Of a stretch of DNA of 64,000 nucleotides, positions 8,830-18,538 are shown piece by piece. This DNA is from Planctomycetota bacterium. Its GTDB lineage: Bacteria; Planctomycetota; UBA8108; SXIK01. The stretch spans positions 1,056,001-1,120,000 of the forward strand of contig CBDCXR010000004.1 of assembly GCA_965223845.1 (NCBI GenBank). Reading direction: 5' to 3'. Below the pieces are notes generated by a model. The model was given only the letters and a program-made list of their open reading frames with translations, had not been told where the DNA came from and did no database searches. How positions within the stretch are numbered: the stretch's first letter is position 1; each line of letters opens with the position of its first letter. Made by a program: the position numbers and the translations under genes.

Positions 8830-11800
8830 ATGCCACTCTCTCATCCCTCCTCTCGCTCGAGTTTCGTGCTTTGCCTGGCTGCGGTGCTCGCCCTCACCGC
8901 GTGCAACGATGGCACGAAGGTTCGCTCCACCGTTCCCTCATCGAACGAATCCGGCGTCAGCGCTCGTGCGCTGATCGCCATTCGCCTTTCGAACACGGTG
9001 AGCTCCGCCGACGACGGCAACATCTCAGACCCGAGCCTGTTCCAGGTGCGCGGCGACTTCACGGACGGGCTCTATCCGGGAACGGTCGCTCTCGCGGACT
9101 GGGACCGCGACGTCCGCCCGGGGATGACCGTCGACGAGTTCTCGCAGGGACTCGCGGACGGGGGCGGGGACGGCGAGGTCGAGCGTGAGCTCGACGCGCT
9201 CGTCTTCCTCCTCAGTCAAGGCGTGAGCTTCAAGCCGGGCGAGACGATCACCGTGATCATCGACCACGATATCACCGCTCACGGCGTTCCCCTCGAGCGA
9301 GGGAAGACGTTCTCGTTCCGCGTCGGCGACTCGGCGACGTCCGAAGGTGCGCTCCGCATCGTCACGACCGACCCGGCTGCGGGCGCGCAGGACGCCCCGC
9401 TCGCCCCCCGGATCCGCGCCAGGTTCAATCGGGGAGTCGCGGGCGCAGGGCTCGCTGAAGCGATCAGCATTCGCGGCGAGCGCTCGTTCTTTCACAGCGG
9501 AATCGACACGCTCTTCACTCAGGAAGTGGGCGCCGGAGTCCTCGAGGTCGTTCAGCGCCTCGCGGCCGGAGACGCGTTCGTTCCGGGCGAGACCGTCGAG
9601 GTCGCGTTCAGCTCGGACATACAAGACGCGCCGGGAGGCGGCGCGCTGCCGATCGCGCTCGCCGCGCACGTCCTCGAGTTCCAGGTGAGCGGAGGGCGAG
9701 TTGCCGGCGGTTGGGACGCGGAGGCGCTACCCTTCGTCGATGGGTCGCCGCGAACGGTCCTCGTCGCGGAGTTCGACGCCGAATTCGACGGTCTCGAGTT
9801 CATGGCCGTGACCTCGCGCACCCTCGAGTACTACGCTCAGACGGCGCCGGGACAGTGGAGTCAGATCGCGGCGACGAGCCTCGCTTCGGACGCCGGGCGT
9901 ACGGTCGTGGGCGGGGCGCTCCTCGATGTCGAGCGCGACGGCCGACCGGAGGTCGTGGTCGTTCGGAGCGGTGACTCCGACAGCTCGATCACCGTCTACG
10001 AATTCGACGAGGCCGGCGATCTCGTCGAGCACGCCGACCTCGCCGAGGAGACGTTCCCCGCCGCCGGTGTCCACGCTGTCGCGGCGATCGATCTCGATGC
10101 CCAGGGTGACCCCGAGATCCTCGCGTTCCACCCCGGAAATCGCGCGATCGGGCACTTGACGGTTTTCGCGCTGACGGAAGTGCCGCCGGACCCGGCGACG
10201 ATCGATCCGCTCGTCCCGGAGACTCTCCAGCCGCGGCCGGGTTGGGAGCGGACCGACAACCCCGTGCCGTCCTTCGACGAAGCCACTCGCGTCTCGGCGG
10301 TGGATCTCGGCGCGGGCGGACTCCTCGATCTCGTCGTCGAGACGGTCGGCGGAGATCTCGTCCTCTTTCAGAACGCTAGCAGCCCCGGTGCACCCTTTGC
10401 GCTTCGTCGAGCCGGCGTCCTCCGCGGACGCTTCGGCGGCTCGGTGGACGCGGCGGCGTGGGCCGACGCCGACTACGACGGCGACGGCGACGCCGATCTA
10501 ATCGTGTGGGACGCGGACGGCGCACTTCTCTTCGAGAACCAGACGGTTCGCGGTGAAGATGGCGCGGTGACCGGCGGTCTCCTCGAGGAACTCGCGCCTC
10601 CGATCGAGCTGCCGGAGCTCTCGGTTGGCATCGGCGCGCCGACGGCCGCCTTCGCGCGCGATCTCGACGGCGACGGCGGACTCGACGTTCTTCTTCGGCA
10701 CGAAGGGGGCGACGCGACGCTCGCACTCCTCACGCCCGAAGGAGTCGAGACCGCGGCGCTGATCGGACCGGTCGGCGGACGCGGACCCGTCGCGATCGCC
10801 GACGTGAACGGTGACTCGGGTCTCGACATCCTCCTCTTTCCCGAGGGCGACTCCGCCCCCGTCCTCCAGTCGGCGCGCGACGTGACGCCTCCCGCCGCTG
10901 TCACGCCGAGCGCGTTTCGCATCGCGCCCGGAGAGAGCGGCATCGTCGACTCGGAGCTCCGGGTGTCGATCCGCGGTGATCTGAGCGAGATCTTCAGCGG
11001 CTACTCGATCGCGCTCGACTACGACAATCGCTTCCTCGACCTCGAGCGATTCGAGCCTCCCGATGATCTCGCCGCGATCGCGACATTCGTGACCTGTCCG
11101 GACGCCAACGGAGTCGGCTGCGCCGGCAACGCGGCTGTGACGATGAGTTACTCCGAGAGTGTTCGCGGCGCCGCGTCCCAGGACGTATTTCTCGGTCGCT
11201 TCGTCTTCTCGATCGCTCCGCTCACCGAAGCCGCGACGACCGAGATCGAGCTCGAGTCGTTTCAGAGTGGAGGGGCGACATTCGAGAACACCCTGGCGAT
11301 CGTCGACGGCGAGGCGACGCTTTCGCTTCCCGTCGACGTGAGCGGCGGGATCTTCTCTGTCGAACTCCAGCCGCCGGCGCCGCCGGACCTCGTCGCGCAG
11401 TGCTTCGTCGACGAGAGGCGCCCCGACGAGACGGTCGTCTCGGTCGAGTGGGTGTCGCCGAGTGAAAAGGAGTTTTCCGGGTTCGAAGTGTTCGTCAGTG
11501 GATCGCGCGTCGCGACGCTCGGTGCGGCCGCGACGGGAGCGACCTTCACCACTCCGCTTACCGGCGAGCTCGCGATCGAGGTCCAAGGGCGGAGCGGCGA
11601 CGAGCTCGCCACCGCGTCTTGCCAGATCGTCGCCGTGCACGAGCCGCTCGTCGAATGCGAGGCGATCTCGGCGGCCGAGAACCGCGTGACGTGGTCGCTT
11701 GGGCATCTCGCCGATCGATTCAACGTCTATCGCAATGGAAATCGCATCGCTCGACTCGGCGGGGATGCGCAGGAGTTTACCGACCGGTCGCCGAGCCAGG

Positions 11801-14664
11801 ACGCCGCCGATCTCTACGAGGTTTCGGCGGAGCTGTCCGGAATCGAAGGCTCGCGCGGTGAGTGCGCCGGCGGTCCAGTGGGCGACCCCAACGTTCAGAC
11901 GACCGAGCCCCCGACGATCACGCAGGCGTCGCTCGTGACTCGAACGTCCGCGCGCCAAGCGAACGTTCTCCGGCTCCGGTGGACGAACGGCGAAGGATAC
12001 TCGTCGATCGCGCTCGCGCTCGCACGCGTCGTCGACGGGGCCGAGCAGATCGTCCTCGAGACGGATCTCGCGGGAACGGCGACGGAGTTCCTCTACGACG
12101 GCGGCGACCCGCTCGCCGGCGGAGTCCCACCCGGTGAGTATCGCTTTACGCTCGTCGGGGTGACCGACGGAATCGAGAGCGATGCGGTTCAGTCCGGTAT
12201 CGTGCCGGTGACGATTCCCGCGCTTTCGGTCGGGTTCGACTGCGCGATCGCCGGAAACGGTGACATCCAGCTCGGATGGGACGCCGTCTGGCCCGGCTAC
12301 GACGACGTCACCCTCCGCATCGAACACCGGATCAACGGTGTGCTCCAGGGCGCTGCGGAGACGGTGTCGGTCGGAACATCGGTGACGGAGTACACGATCT
12401 CTGAGCCGATCGCACTCGGGGTCTACTCGTTTCGGCTGCGAGCCGTGGAAGACACGATCGGACTTCCGCCGTCGGTGATTCCAGCGCCGGAAGCCCTGCA
12501 ACAGAATTGCGAGCTCTCCTTCTCCGCCGGCCTCTCCGTCGGCACGGTGCACGGAGGCATCGGTCTCAGCCAGATCGAGATTCCGATTCGCGCGCAGGTG
12601 TTCGGCGCGATCTCGGCGTTCCACTTCGAGCTCGAGTATCCGGACATCATCGACATCGATTCCGCGACGGGTCTGCTCGTCGACGCCCTCGGAGCGAACG
12701 CGACGCTCGTGATCTCGGCCGGATCATCCCCCGGGACGAATCGCGCGAGCGTTGATGTAACGGGGGTCCGCATCGTGCCCGATGCGGACGGAGATGGGAC
12801 GCTCGACGGCGAGGTGATCGTCGCGCGGCTCGTCGGCGCGGCTCCGTCGGACTTCGCGCTCGCGGGAACCTATCCGCTCACCTTCGTCGGAGCTCCGACG
12901 TTCCGGTTCGGGGTCGCGGATACCCCGGTCGCCGCGGTCGACGGCGAGCTCGAGCTCGTCCAGCGCTACGTGGTCGCCGAGAGCGTCGATCTCCCCCCGG
13001 ATTCCGACGAGCCGTTTACGGTGAGGGTATTCGGGACGTTCGTTGAGACCGTGCCCGACTACAAGCTGAACAGCTTCGCTATCCACATCCGTTTCGATCA
13101 CGAGCTGCTCGAGCTGCTTCCGGTCACGCAATCCGACCAGGCGGGCTCGGCGGTCGAAGGACTCGGGACGACGATCCTCCCGAACGCACAGGTGATCGAG
13201 GCTGCCAACAACCCGGCGTCGGGAACCACGGGGCAGGCGACGATCGCGTGGCTCGGGTTCAACCTGAGGGATCCGAACGTCGGGCTCGAGTTTCTCCACC
13301 CCGGAACGATGCTCAACCTCGTGACGTTCAAGTTCCGGCCGCGCGCCGGAGCGGCCGCGGCCGGCAGCACCGACATCACGTTCGTCACGCAGGCGCCGGG
13401 CGTCAGCAATCCGACCGCTTTCTTCCCTGCCGTCGACGTTCTCGGTGAGCCGGATCTCGAAGCGTTCTTTCCGGGCTCCGTGCGATTCGGTGAATCCGAG
13501 GCCCAGCCGGAGCTCTTCCGCATGGAACCGTCGGTCGGCTCGCTCCTCGGCGGGCAAGAGGCCGCACTCGTGGGAGCCGGGTTCCGCTCCGTCGCGCCGG
13601 AGGACATCGGCGTTCGCCTGCGCCGCACGGACGGCCCGGGTGCACCCGCCGACCTCGACGTGTCGGCGAACGAAATCCTCGAGATTCGCTCGGATCGAAT
13701 CCGGTTCATCGTCCCCGACTCGGGACTCCGGCCGCAGATCGCTCCGCCGTCCGTCTACTCGGCCGACGTGATCCTCGAGATCGCGGGCGCCGAGCTCATC
13801 GTTCCCGACGGCTTCGAGTACGAGTTTCCCCGGCTCGACGGTGGGGATCGAACGGCGGGGTCGTCGGACGGTGGTGATCTCCTCGTCCTGACCGGTGCGG
13901 GCTTCGCACCGGAGACCGAGGTCGGATTCCGTTTCGCCGACGCGACCGTCGACGCCACGGTCGACCGCGTCGACAGCGACGGTCGTCGTGTCCACGTCAT
14001 CACTCCCGCGCTCTCCGGCCGCGAGGGGCAGATCGCGACGATCGAGGTTCGGACTCCCGGGATCGTCGATCTTCAGCTGCAGAACTTCTTTACCGTGCTC
14101 GACCCCGACGCCGGGCCGACGCTCCGGCTCGTCTCGGTGACACCTGGAGTCGGCTCGATCTGTGGTGGGGAAACGGTGACGCTGACCGGTGAGGCGTTCG
14201 CGCCCGGTCTCGCGGTTTCCTTCGGAGGCGTCGCCGCCGAGAGCGTCACCGTCGAGAGCGCGACGAGCGCGACCGTGGTTGTTCCCGCCGTGCTCGAGGG
14301 AACGGGGACGGTCACCGTCACGGCTACGCTCGGGGCGAGCAGCGTGAATCTCGCCGACGCGTTCACATTCATGCATCCCGCGCCGCCCTTCATTCGCGGG
14401 GACGTCAACGAGGACGAATCGGTGTCCGTCGCGGACGTCGTCGTTCTCAGCGACCTCGTCGTTGGCGCCGCGGAGATGTTCCCGGCGAACTTCGACGCGG
14501 CCGACGTGAACGACGATGGGATCGTCGACGGTGGTGACGTGACCGCGCTCATGGACTTCCTCTTCGGAGCGGGGACGGCGCTCCCGCAGCCGCATCCCGA
14601 ACCGGGCCTCGATCCGACCCCCGACGCGCTCAAGTCCTGCACTGAAGTCTCGGACGGAGGTTGA
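8830..14664 (+). CDS. Large lipoprotein scaffold: Ig-like x2, FG-GAP/VCBS propeller, cohesin-like x3, FN3-like repeats, IPT/TIG x3, dockerin
   Basis: Start moved to ATG 8830, giving lipobox LALTA-C. About seven DxDxDGxxD-type repeats, cohesin-like GYSIALDYDNRFL / AFHFELEYP / SFAIHIRFDHELL, three IPT motifs (e.g. GSICGGETVTLTGEAF), and dockerin RGDVNEDESVSVAD/ADVNDDGIVDGGD. Confidence 0.8.
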   Translation: MPLSHPSSRSSFVLCLAAVLALTACNDGTKVRSTVPSSNESGVSARALIAIRLSNTVSSADDGNISDPSLFQVRGDFTDGLYPGTVALADWDRDVRPGMTVDEFSQGLADGGGDGEVERELDALVFLLSQGVSFKPGETITVIIDHDITAHGVPLERGKTFSFRVGDSATSEGALRIVTTDPAAGAQDAPLAPRIRARFNRGVAGAGLAEAISIRGERSFFHSGIDTLFTQEVGAGVLEVVQRLAAGDAFVPGETVEVAFSSDIQDAPGGGALPIALAAHVLEFQVSGGRVAGGWDAEALPFVDGSPRTVLVAEFDAEFDGLEFMAVTSRTLEYYAQTAPGQWSQIAATSLASDAGRTVVGGALLDVERDGRPEVVVVRSGDSDSSITVYEFDEAGDLVEHADLAEETFPAAGVHAVAAIDLDAQGDPEILAFHPGNRAIGHLTVFALTEVPPDPATIDPLVPETLQPRPGWERTDNPVPSFDEATRVSAVDLGAGGLLDLVVETVGGDLVLFQNASSPGAPFALRRAGVLRGRFGGSVDAAAWADADYDGDGDADLIVWDADGALLFENQTVRGEDGAVTGGLLEELAPPIELPELSVGIGAPTAAFARDLDGDGGLDVLLRHEGGDATLALLTPEGVETAALIGPVGGRGPVAIADVNGDSGLDILLFPEGDSAPVLQSARDVTPPAAVTPSAFRIAPGESGIVDSELRVSIRGDLSEIFSGYSIALDYDNRFLDLERFEPPDDLAAIATFVTCPDANGVGCAGNAAVTMSYSESVRGAASQDVFLGRFVFSIAPLTEAATTEIELESFQSGGATFENTLAIVDGEATLSLPVDVSGGIFSVELQPPAPPDLVAQCFVDERRPDETVVSVEWVSPSEKEFSGFEVFVSGSRVATLGAAATGATFTTPLTGELAIEVQGRSGDELATASCQIVAVHEPLVECEAISAAENRVTWSLGHLADRFNVYRNGNRIARLGGDAQEFTDRSPSQDAADLYEVSAELSGIEGSRGECAGGPVGDPNVQTTEPPTITQASLVTRTSARQANVLRLRWTNGEGYSSIALALARVVDGAEQIVLETDLAGTATEFLYDGGDPLAGGVPPGEYRFTLVGVTDGIESDAVQSGIVPVTIPALSVGFDCAIAGNGDIQLGWDAVWPGYDDVTLRIEHRINGVLQGAAETVSVGTSVTEYTISEPIALGVYSFRLRAVEDTIGLPPSVIPAPEALQQNCELSFSAGLSVGTVHGGIGLSQIEIPIRAQVFGAISAFHFELEYPDIIDIDSATGLLVDALGANATLVISAGSSPGTNRASVDVTGVRIVPDADGDGTLDGEVIVARLVGAAPSDFALAGTYPLTFVGAPTFRFGVADTPVAAVDGELELVQRYVVAESVDLPPDSDEPFTVRVFGTFVETVPDYKLNSFAIHIRFDHELLELLPVTQSDQAGSAVEGLGTTILPNAQVIEAANNPASGTTGQATIAWLGFNLRDPNVGLEFLHPGTMLNLVTFKFRPRAGAAAAGSTDITFVTQAPGVSNPTAFFPAVDVLGEPDLEAFFPGSVRFGESEAQPELFRMEPSVGSLLGGQEAALVGAGFRSVAPEDIGVRLRRTDGPGAPADLDVSANEILEIRSDRIRFIVPDSGLRPQIAPPSVYSADVILEIAGAELIVPDGFEYEFPRLDGGDRTAGSSDGGDLLVLTGAGFAPETEVGFRFADATVDATVDRVDSDGRRVHVITPALSGREGQIATIEVRTPGIVDLQLQNFFTVLDPDAGPTLRLVSVTPGVGSICGGETVTLTGEAFAPGLAVSFGGVAAESVTVESATSATVVVPAVLEGTGTVTVTATLGASSVNLADAFTFMHPAPPFIRGDVNEDESVSVADVVVLSDLVVGAAEMFPANFDAADVNDDGIVDGGDVTALMDFLFGAGTALPQPHPEPGLDPTPDALKSCTEVSDGG

Positions 14665-14668
14665 TGCG

Positions 14669-14998
14669 ATGTCCCGCGTCGATTCACCCTTCGGGCCATC
14701 CTACGGACACCGGCGGAGCTCCGGCGCCCTCGCGGGATTCATCGTTCTCTGGGCCGTCCTTTTTCTTCACCTCGTGCTTCCGCTCGACCCGGACGGGCGC
14801 TTCCTCTTCAGTGCGAACGTGCTCGTCGAGTGGGCCGGCACCGTGTTTCTTCTCGTCGGACCGGTCGCGGCCGTCGTCCTGGCGACCTGGGACTGGTACC
14901 GCACACGTCGTGTGTTCCTCCCGCTCCTCACCTTTTCGCTCGGGGCGTTCGTCTCCCTCGCGACGGCCGGGGCGATGCTGGCCTCGTTTCTCTTCTGA
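14669..14998 (+). CDS. Small integral membrane protein (about 3 TM helices), unknown function
   Basis: Starts 4 nt after the scaffold stop with GGAGG upstream; three hydrophobic stretches. Confidence 0.6.
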   Translation: MSRVDSPFGPSYGHRRSSGALAGFIVLWAVLFLHLVLPLDPDGRFLFSANVLVEWAGTVFLLVGPVAAVVLATWDWYRTRRVFLPLLTFSLGAFVSLATAGAMLASFLF

Positions 14999-15449
14999 TC
15001 GAGCGGAAGGGGTCGGTGCCCGCATCCGGCGGCCTCCGAGCGGTTTCGGATCACGTCCTACCGCCCGAGTTTCGGGGGACGATTCCTATAGATTTTGGTG
15101 TTGCCCCCGCCAAAATATGGCAAGAAGGTAAACGCGCGGGAGTGCGAGGTCCGATCAGAAGGGCTGCGTGCCGCAACGCGGTGTGGCCGAAGTGTTTTCG
15201 GAACCGAGTTGACGCGTCTCGCGGCGTTAGGTCGGAGGATCGGGCCGGAAGACGGGCCGGACGAAGACGGCGGTGAGGATGCGCGATGGCCGGGGGCGAC
15301 GGTGGCCGCGGCGTCCGACTCGAGTGGTCCGACCGACGCCCGGAGTGTCACGCGCGCGGAGCGCGCACCGAGTCGGATGTTCGGTGCCGCGATCGGCCCG
15401 GCGCGGAGTGGCCGCCCCGCGTGATTTCGTTCAGTCGTGAGGATATTCG

Positions 15450-16226
15450 GTGAAGTTTGCTGTCGTCTCCGACATCCACGGAAACCTCGCCGCCTTCGAG
15501 GCGGTGATCGCGGATCTCGAACGGCGCGGCGTCGACCGCATCCTCTGTCTGGGCGACCTCATCGGCTACGGTCCCGACCCTCGCGGGTGCATCCGGCTCG
15601 CGATGGGATTCCCCGTGAACCTTCTCGGCAATCACGAGGAAGCCGTGCTCTTCGGGGCGATCGGGTTCAATCCGAAGGCGAAGGTCGCGATCGACTGGAC
15701 TCGCGAGCAGCTGAGTCTCGAGTCGGAGCCTCAGGAGGACAACCGCGAGCTGTGGAACTTTATCGGGAATCTCGCGCGCCAGTACGAGGAGGACGATTTT
15801 CTCTTCGTGCACGGCTCGCCGCGGGACCCGACGCGCGAGTACATCTTCAAGCAAGACCACCAAGATCGCGGCAAGATGGACGAGATTTTCGCCGCGCCGG
15901 CGAATGCGAAGTGGCGTGCGTGCTTCGCGGGCCACACCCATCACCCCGGGGTGTTCGAGCAGAACAACGCGTATCATTTCTACGAGCCGGCGCAGCTCGA
16001 CAGCGGCCGCTACGATCTCAGTCAGGGCAACGAGCGCGTGCTGATCAATGTCGGGTCGGTGGGGCAGCCGCGGGACGGGGATCCCCGGGCTTCGTTCGTG
16101 GTCGTCGAGGACGGAGTGATTCACTTCTGCCGCCTCGACTACGACGTCGAACGCACGCTGAAACGCTTCGAAGAGTGTCCCGACCTTCCGGATTACCTCG
16201 CGAATCGCCTGCGCGAGGGGAAGTAG
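15450..16226 (+). CDS. Calcineurin-like metallophosphoesterase
   Basis: Motifs SDIHGN, GDLIGYG, GNHE, HGSP, GHTH, NVGSVGQPRDGDPRA; GTG start. Confidence 0.9.
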   Translation: MKFAVVSDIHGNLAAFEAVIADLERRGVDRILCLGDLIGYGPDPRGCIRLAMGFPVNLLGNHEEAVLFGAIGFNPKAKVAIDWTREQLSLESEPQEDNRELWNFIGNLARQYEEDDFLFVHGSPRDPTREYIFKQDHQDRGKMDEIFAAPANAKWRACFAGHTHHPGVFEQNNAYHFYEPAQLDSGRYDLSQGNERVLINVGSVGQPRDGDPRASFVVVEDGVIHFCRLDYDVERTLKRFEECPDLPDYLANRLREGK

Positions 16227-16465
16227 ACCCGGCTCCGGAGCCGGCGCTCGCAAGCTCTCCGGCAGGGGTGAAAGGCGCTCCGGCGCGCGCGGTCCCAGTC
16301 GCACTCGCGTGACGCAACGCCGCGGACCGCCCCGCGCGTTTTTGATAGAAATCGCTCTCGATTGCACTATGCTCTGTCGGTTTCTCTCGGCGTAGCAGCG
16401 AGACGCTCATCGCGACGCGGTATGGCGCCGCGCGTGGTATCGGCGATCCGGATCGGGGACGCGCG

Positions 16466-18505
16466 ATGGCTTGGCGTTACTTCTTGGCGATCTTCCTCTC
16501 GGGGCTCGTCCTTACCGTTTGGATGGTCCTCTACCCGCCGCAGCCGCCGCGGCCGAGACCGCAGCCCGTCGCCCCGGCGCCCGCGGCCGAGGAGCGCGCG
16601 GGCGGCGCCGAGTCTCCTGCCCGCGATCCCGACGAGGCACGCGTCGTCCCCGCCCCCGAGCCCGCGCCGGTGCGGGTCGAGCGGCCCGAGAAGTCGCTCA
16701 CGATCGAGCTCAGTGCGGCACTCCTCCACGCGACGGGATCCGCGGGCCGCTCGGGCGATTCCGACGGCACGCCGCCGCGAATTCGCTACACCGCTCATTC
16801 CACCGGTGGGGTGGTGCGGGATGTTTGGCTGCCTGAATTCGGGCAGCAGAGCGACCGCAACGAGCCGTATCGATTGCTTTACTCGGCGCCGCCCGAGCAC
16901 GGACTTCTCGGTCTCCAGATCGACGGTGTCGACATCGAGTGGCGGGAGAACTGGGAGCTCGAGTCGACCGTCGACAACGGTGTCACCTTCCGCAACGAAA
17001 TCGACGACCTGCGGATTCAAAAGACGATCGGTACGCCGGCGAACGAGATCCCTCTCGATGAAACTCCAGTGCCGGAGATCGGGCTCTACTACGTTCCGAT
17101 CGAGGTCACGTTTACGAACGACTCCGATGAACCGCGCGAGATGCGGTACACGCTCAACGGGCCGGCGTCGATCGGCACGGAGGCGCAGGGCGGCCGATCG
17201 CTCTTCGCGCCCGGCGGAGACATCGCACTCGCTACGGCGAAGTGGGCAGGTGGTCGGGTGGTCGCGGCCTCGGTAGAGGCCGGAGACGTGATCGACCGAC
17301 CGACGCCTGCGCCCGCGTGGGTCGGAGCTCGGAACAACTACTTCGCGGCGCTCCTTTTTCCGCTGCCCGAAGTCGGAAAGACCGCGGCCTACGTCGAGCG
17401 TTCGCTCGGACTCGCCTATACCGACCCGCGGAGCGTCGAAGAGATTCGGCGGGAAGGGGGTGATCCGAGCGAGGCCTACCGGAACGTCGCGACGAAGATC
17501 GAGAGCGCCATCTTCACGCTCCCGGCGGGGGCGCAGGTCGTGCACCGCTACGGTCTCTTCCTCGGACCGCGAGACCGCGAGTCGCTCTCGATCTACGAGT
17601 CGCTCGATCTCAGCGCGGTGAACGACTATTTCGTCCTCACTCGTCTCTTCGTGTGGTTTCTCGACGTCCTCAACAAGCTCGCCTTCGGAAGCTGGGGCGT
17701 TGCGATCATCCTTCTCACCATCATCGTCCGGCTCCTTCTCCACCCTCTGAGCAAGAAGTCTCAGAAGAACATGCATCGCTTCTCGAAGAAGATGCAGAAG
17801 GTGAAGCCGCAGATGACGGAGATCCAGCAGAAGTACAAAGACAACCGCATGAAGCAGAACCAGGAGGTGCACAAGCTCTTCAAAGAGCACGGCATCAACC
17901 CGGCGCAGCAGATGGGCGGTTGCCTCCTGATCCTCCTTCAGATGCCGATCTGGATCGCGCTCTACCGCACGCTCTACTACTCGATCGGCCTCCGGCAGGC
18001 GAGCTTCCTCTGGATCGAGGACCTCACGCGCGCCGACCATTTATTCCCGTTCATCTCGTCGCTGCCGCTCGTCGGCGATATGTTCGCGTACTTCAATATC
18101 CTTCCGGTCCTCTACGTCATCTTTACGATCATCAACCAGCGCCTCCAGCCGAAGCCGGACGATCCGCAGATGCGGGCGCAGTATCAGATGATGACGTTCA
18201 TGATGGTGTTCTTCGGACTCATCTTTTACAACTTCCCGAGCGGCTTCATGCTCTACATCATGACGAGCACGCTCCTCGGCATCTTCGAGAGCAAGATGAT
18301 CAAGGCCGAGCTCGCGCGCGAGGAGGAGGCCGCGGGCACGCAGAGCCCGGAGGACGCGGGCGACGGAACGGCAGCCGTGGCGGCGACCGCGGGCGGAGCC
18401 CTCTACCCGGCGCAGGGCGGAGGCGGAGCCTCCGCGTCATCGGAGCGTTCTCCCGACTGGCGGGCGAAGAAGCGAAAGGGGAAGGGGCGGAAGGGGCGAA
18501 AGTAG
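16466..18505 (+). CDS. yidC: Membrane protein insertase YidC
   Basis: N-terminal TM and large periplasmic domain; WGVAIILLTIIVRLLLHPL, GGCLLILLQMPIW, FLWIEDLT, FPSGFMLY. Confidence 0.95.
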   Translation: MAWRYFLAIFLSGLVLTVWMVLYPPQPPRPRPQPVAPAPAAEERAGGAESPARDPDEARVVPAPEPAPVRVERPEKSLTIELSAALLHATGSAGRSGDSDGTPPRIRYTAHSTGGVVRDVWLPEFGQQSDRNEPYRLLYSAPPEHGLLGLQIDGVDIEWRENWELESTVDNGVTFRNEIDDLRIQKTIGTPANEIPLDETPVPEIGLYYVPIEVTFTNDSDEPREMRYTLNGPASIGTEAQGGRSLFAPGGDIALATAKWAGGRVVAASVEAGDVIDRPTPAPAWVGARNNYFAALLFPLPEVGKTAAYVERSLGLAYTDPRSVEEIRREGGDPSEAYRNVATKIESAIFTLPAGAQVVHRYGLFLGPRDRESLSIYESLDLSAVNDYFVLTRLFVWFLDVLNKLAFGSWGVAIILLTIIVRLLLHPLSKKSQKNMHRFSKKMQKVKPQMTEIQQKYKDNRMKQNQEVHKLFKEHGINPAQQMGGCLLILLQMPIWIALYRTLYYSIGLRQASFLWIEDLTRADHLFPFISSLPLVGDMFAYFNILPVLYVIFTIINQRLQPKPDDPQMRAQYQMMTFMMVFFGLIFYNFPSGFMLYIMTSTLLGIFESKMIKAELAREEEAAGTQSPEDAGDGTAAVAATAGGALYPAQGGGGASASSERSPDWRAKKRKGKGRKGRK

Positions 18506-18538
18506 GCCGCCGGCATCGCGGGGGATTCGCTCTCTACG

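Noticed and set aside
15095-15424. 109-aa ORF or an NrdR box in the 15.0-15.45 kb gap
   Set aside because: No recognisable protein features, and only a weak resemblance to the NrdR box with no nrd genes nearby.
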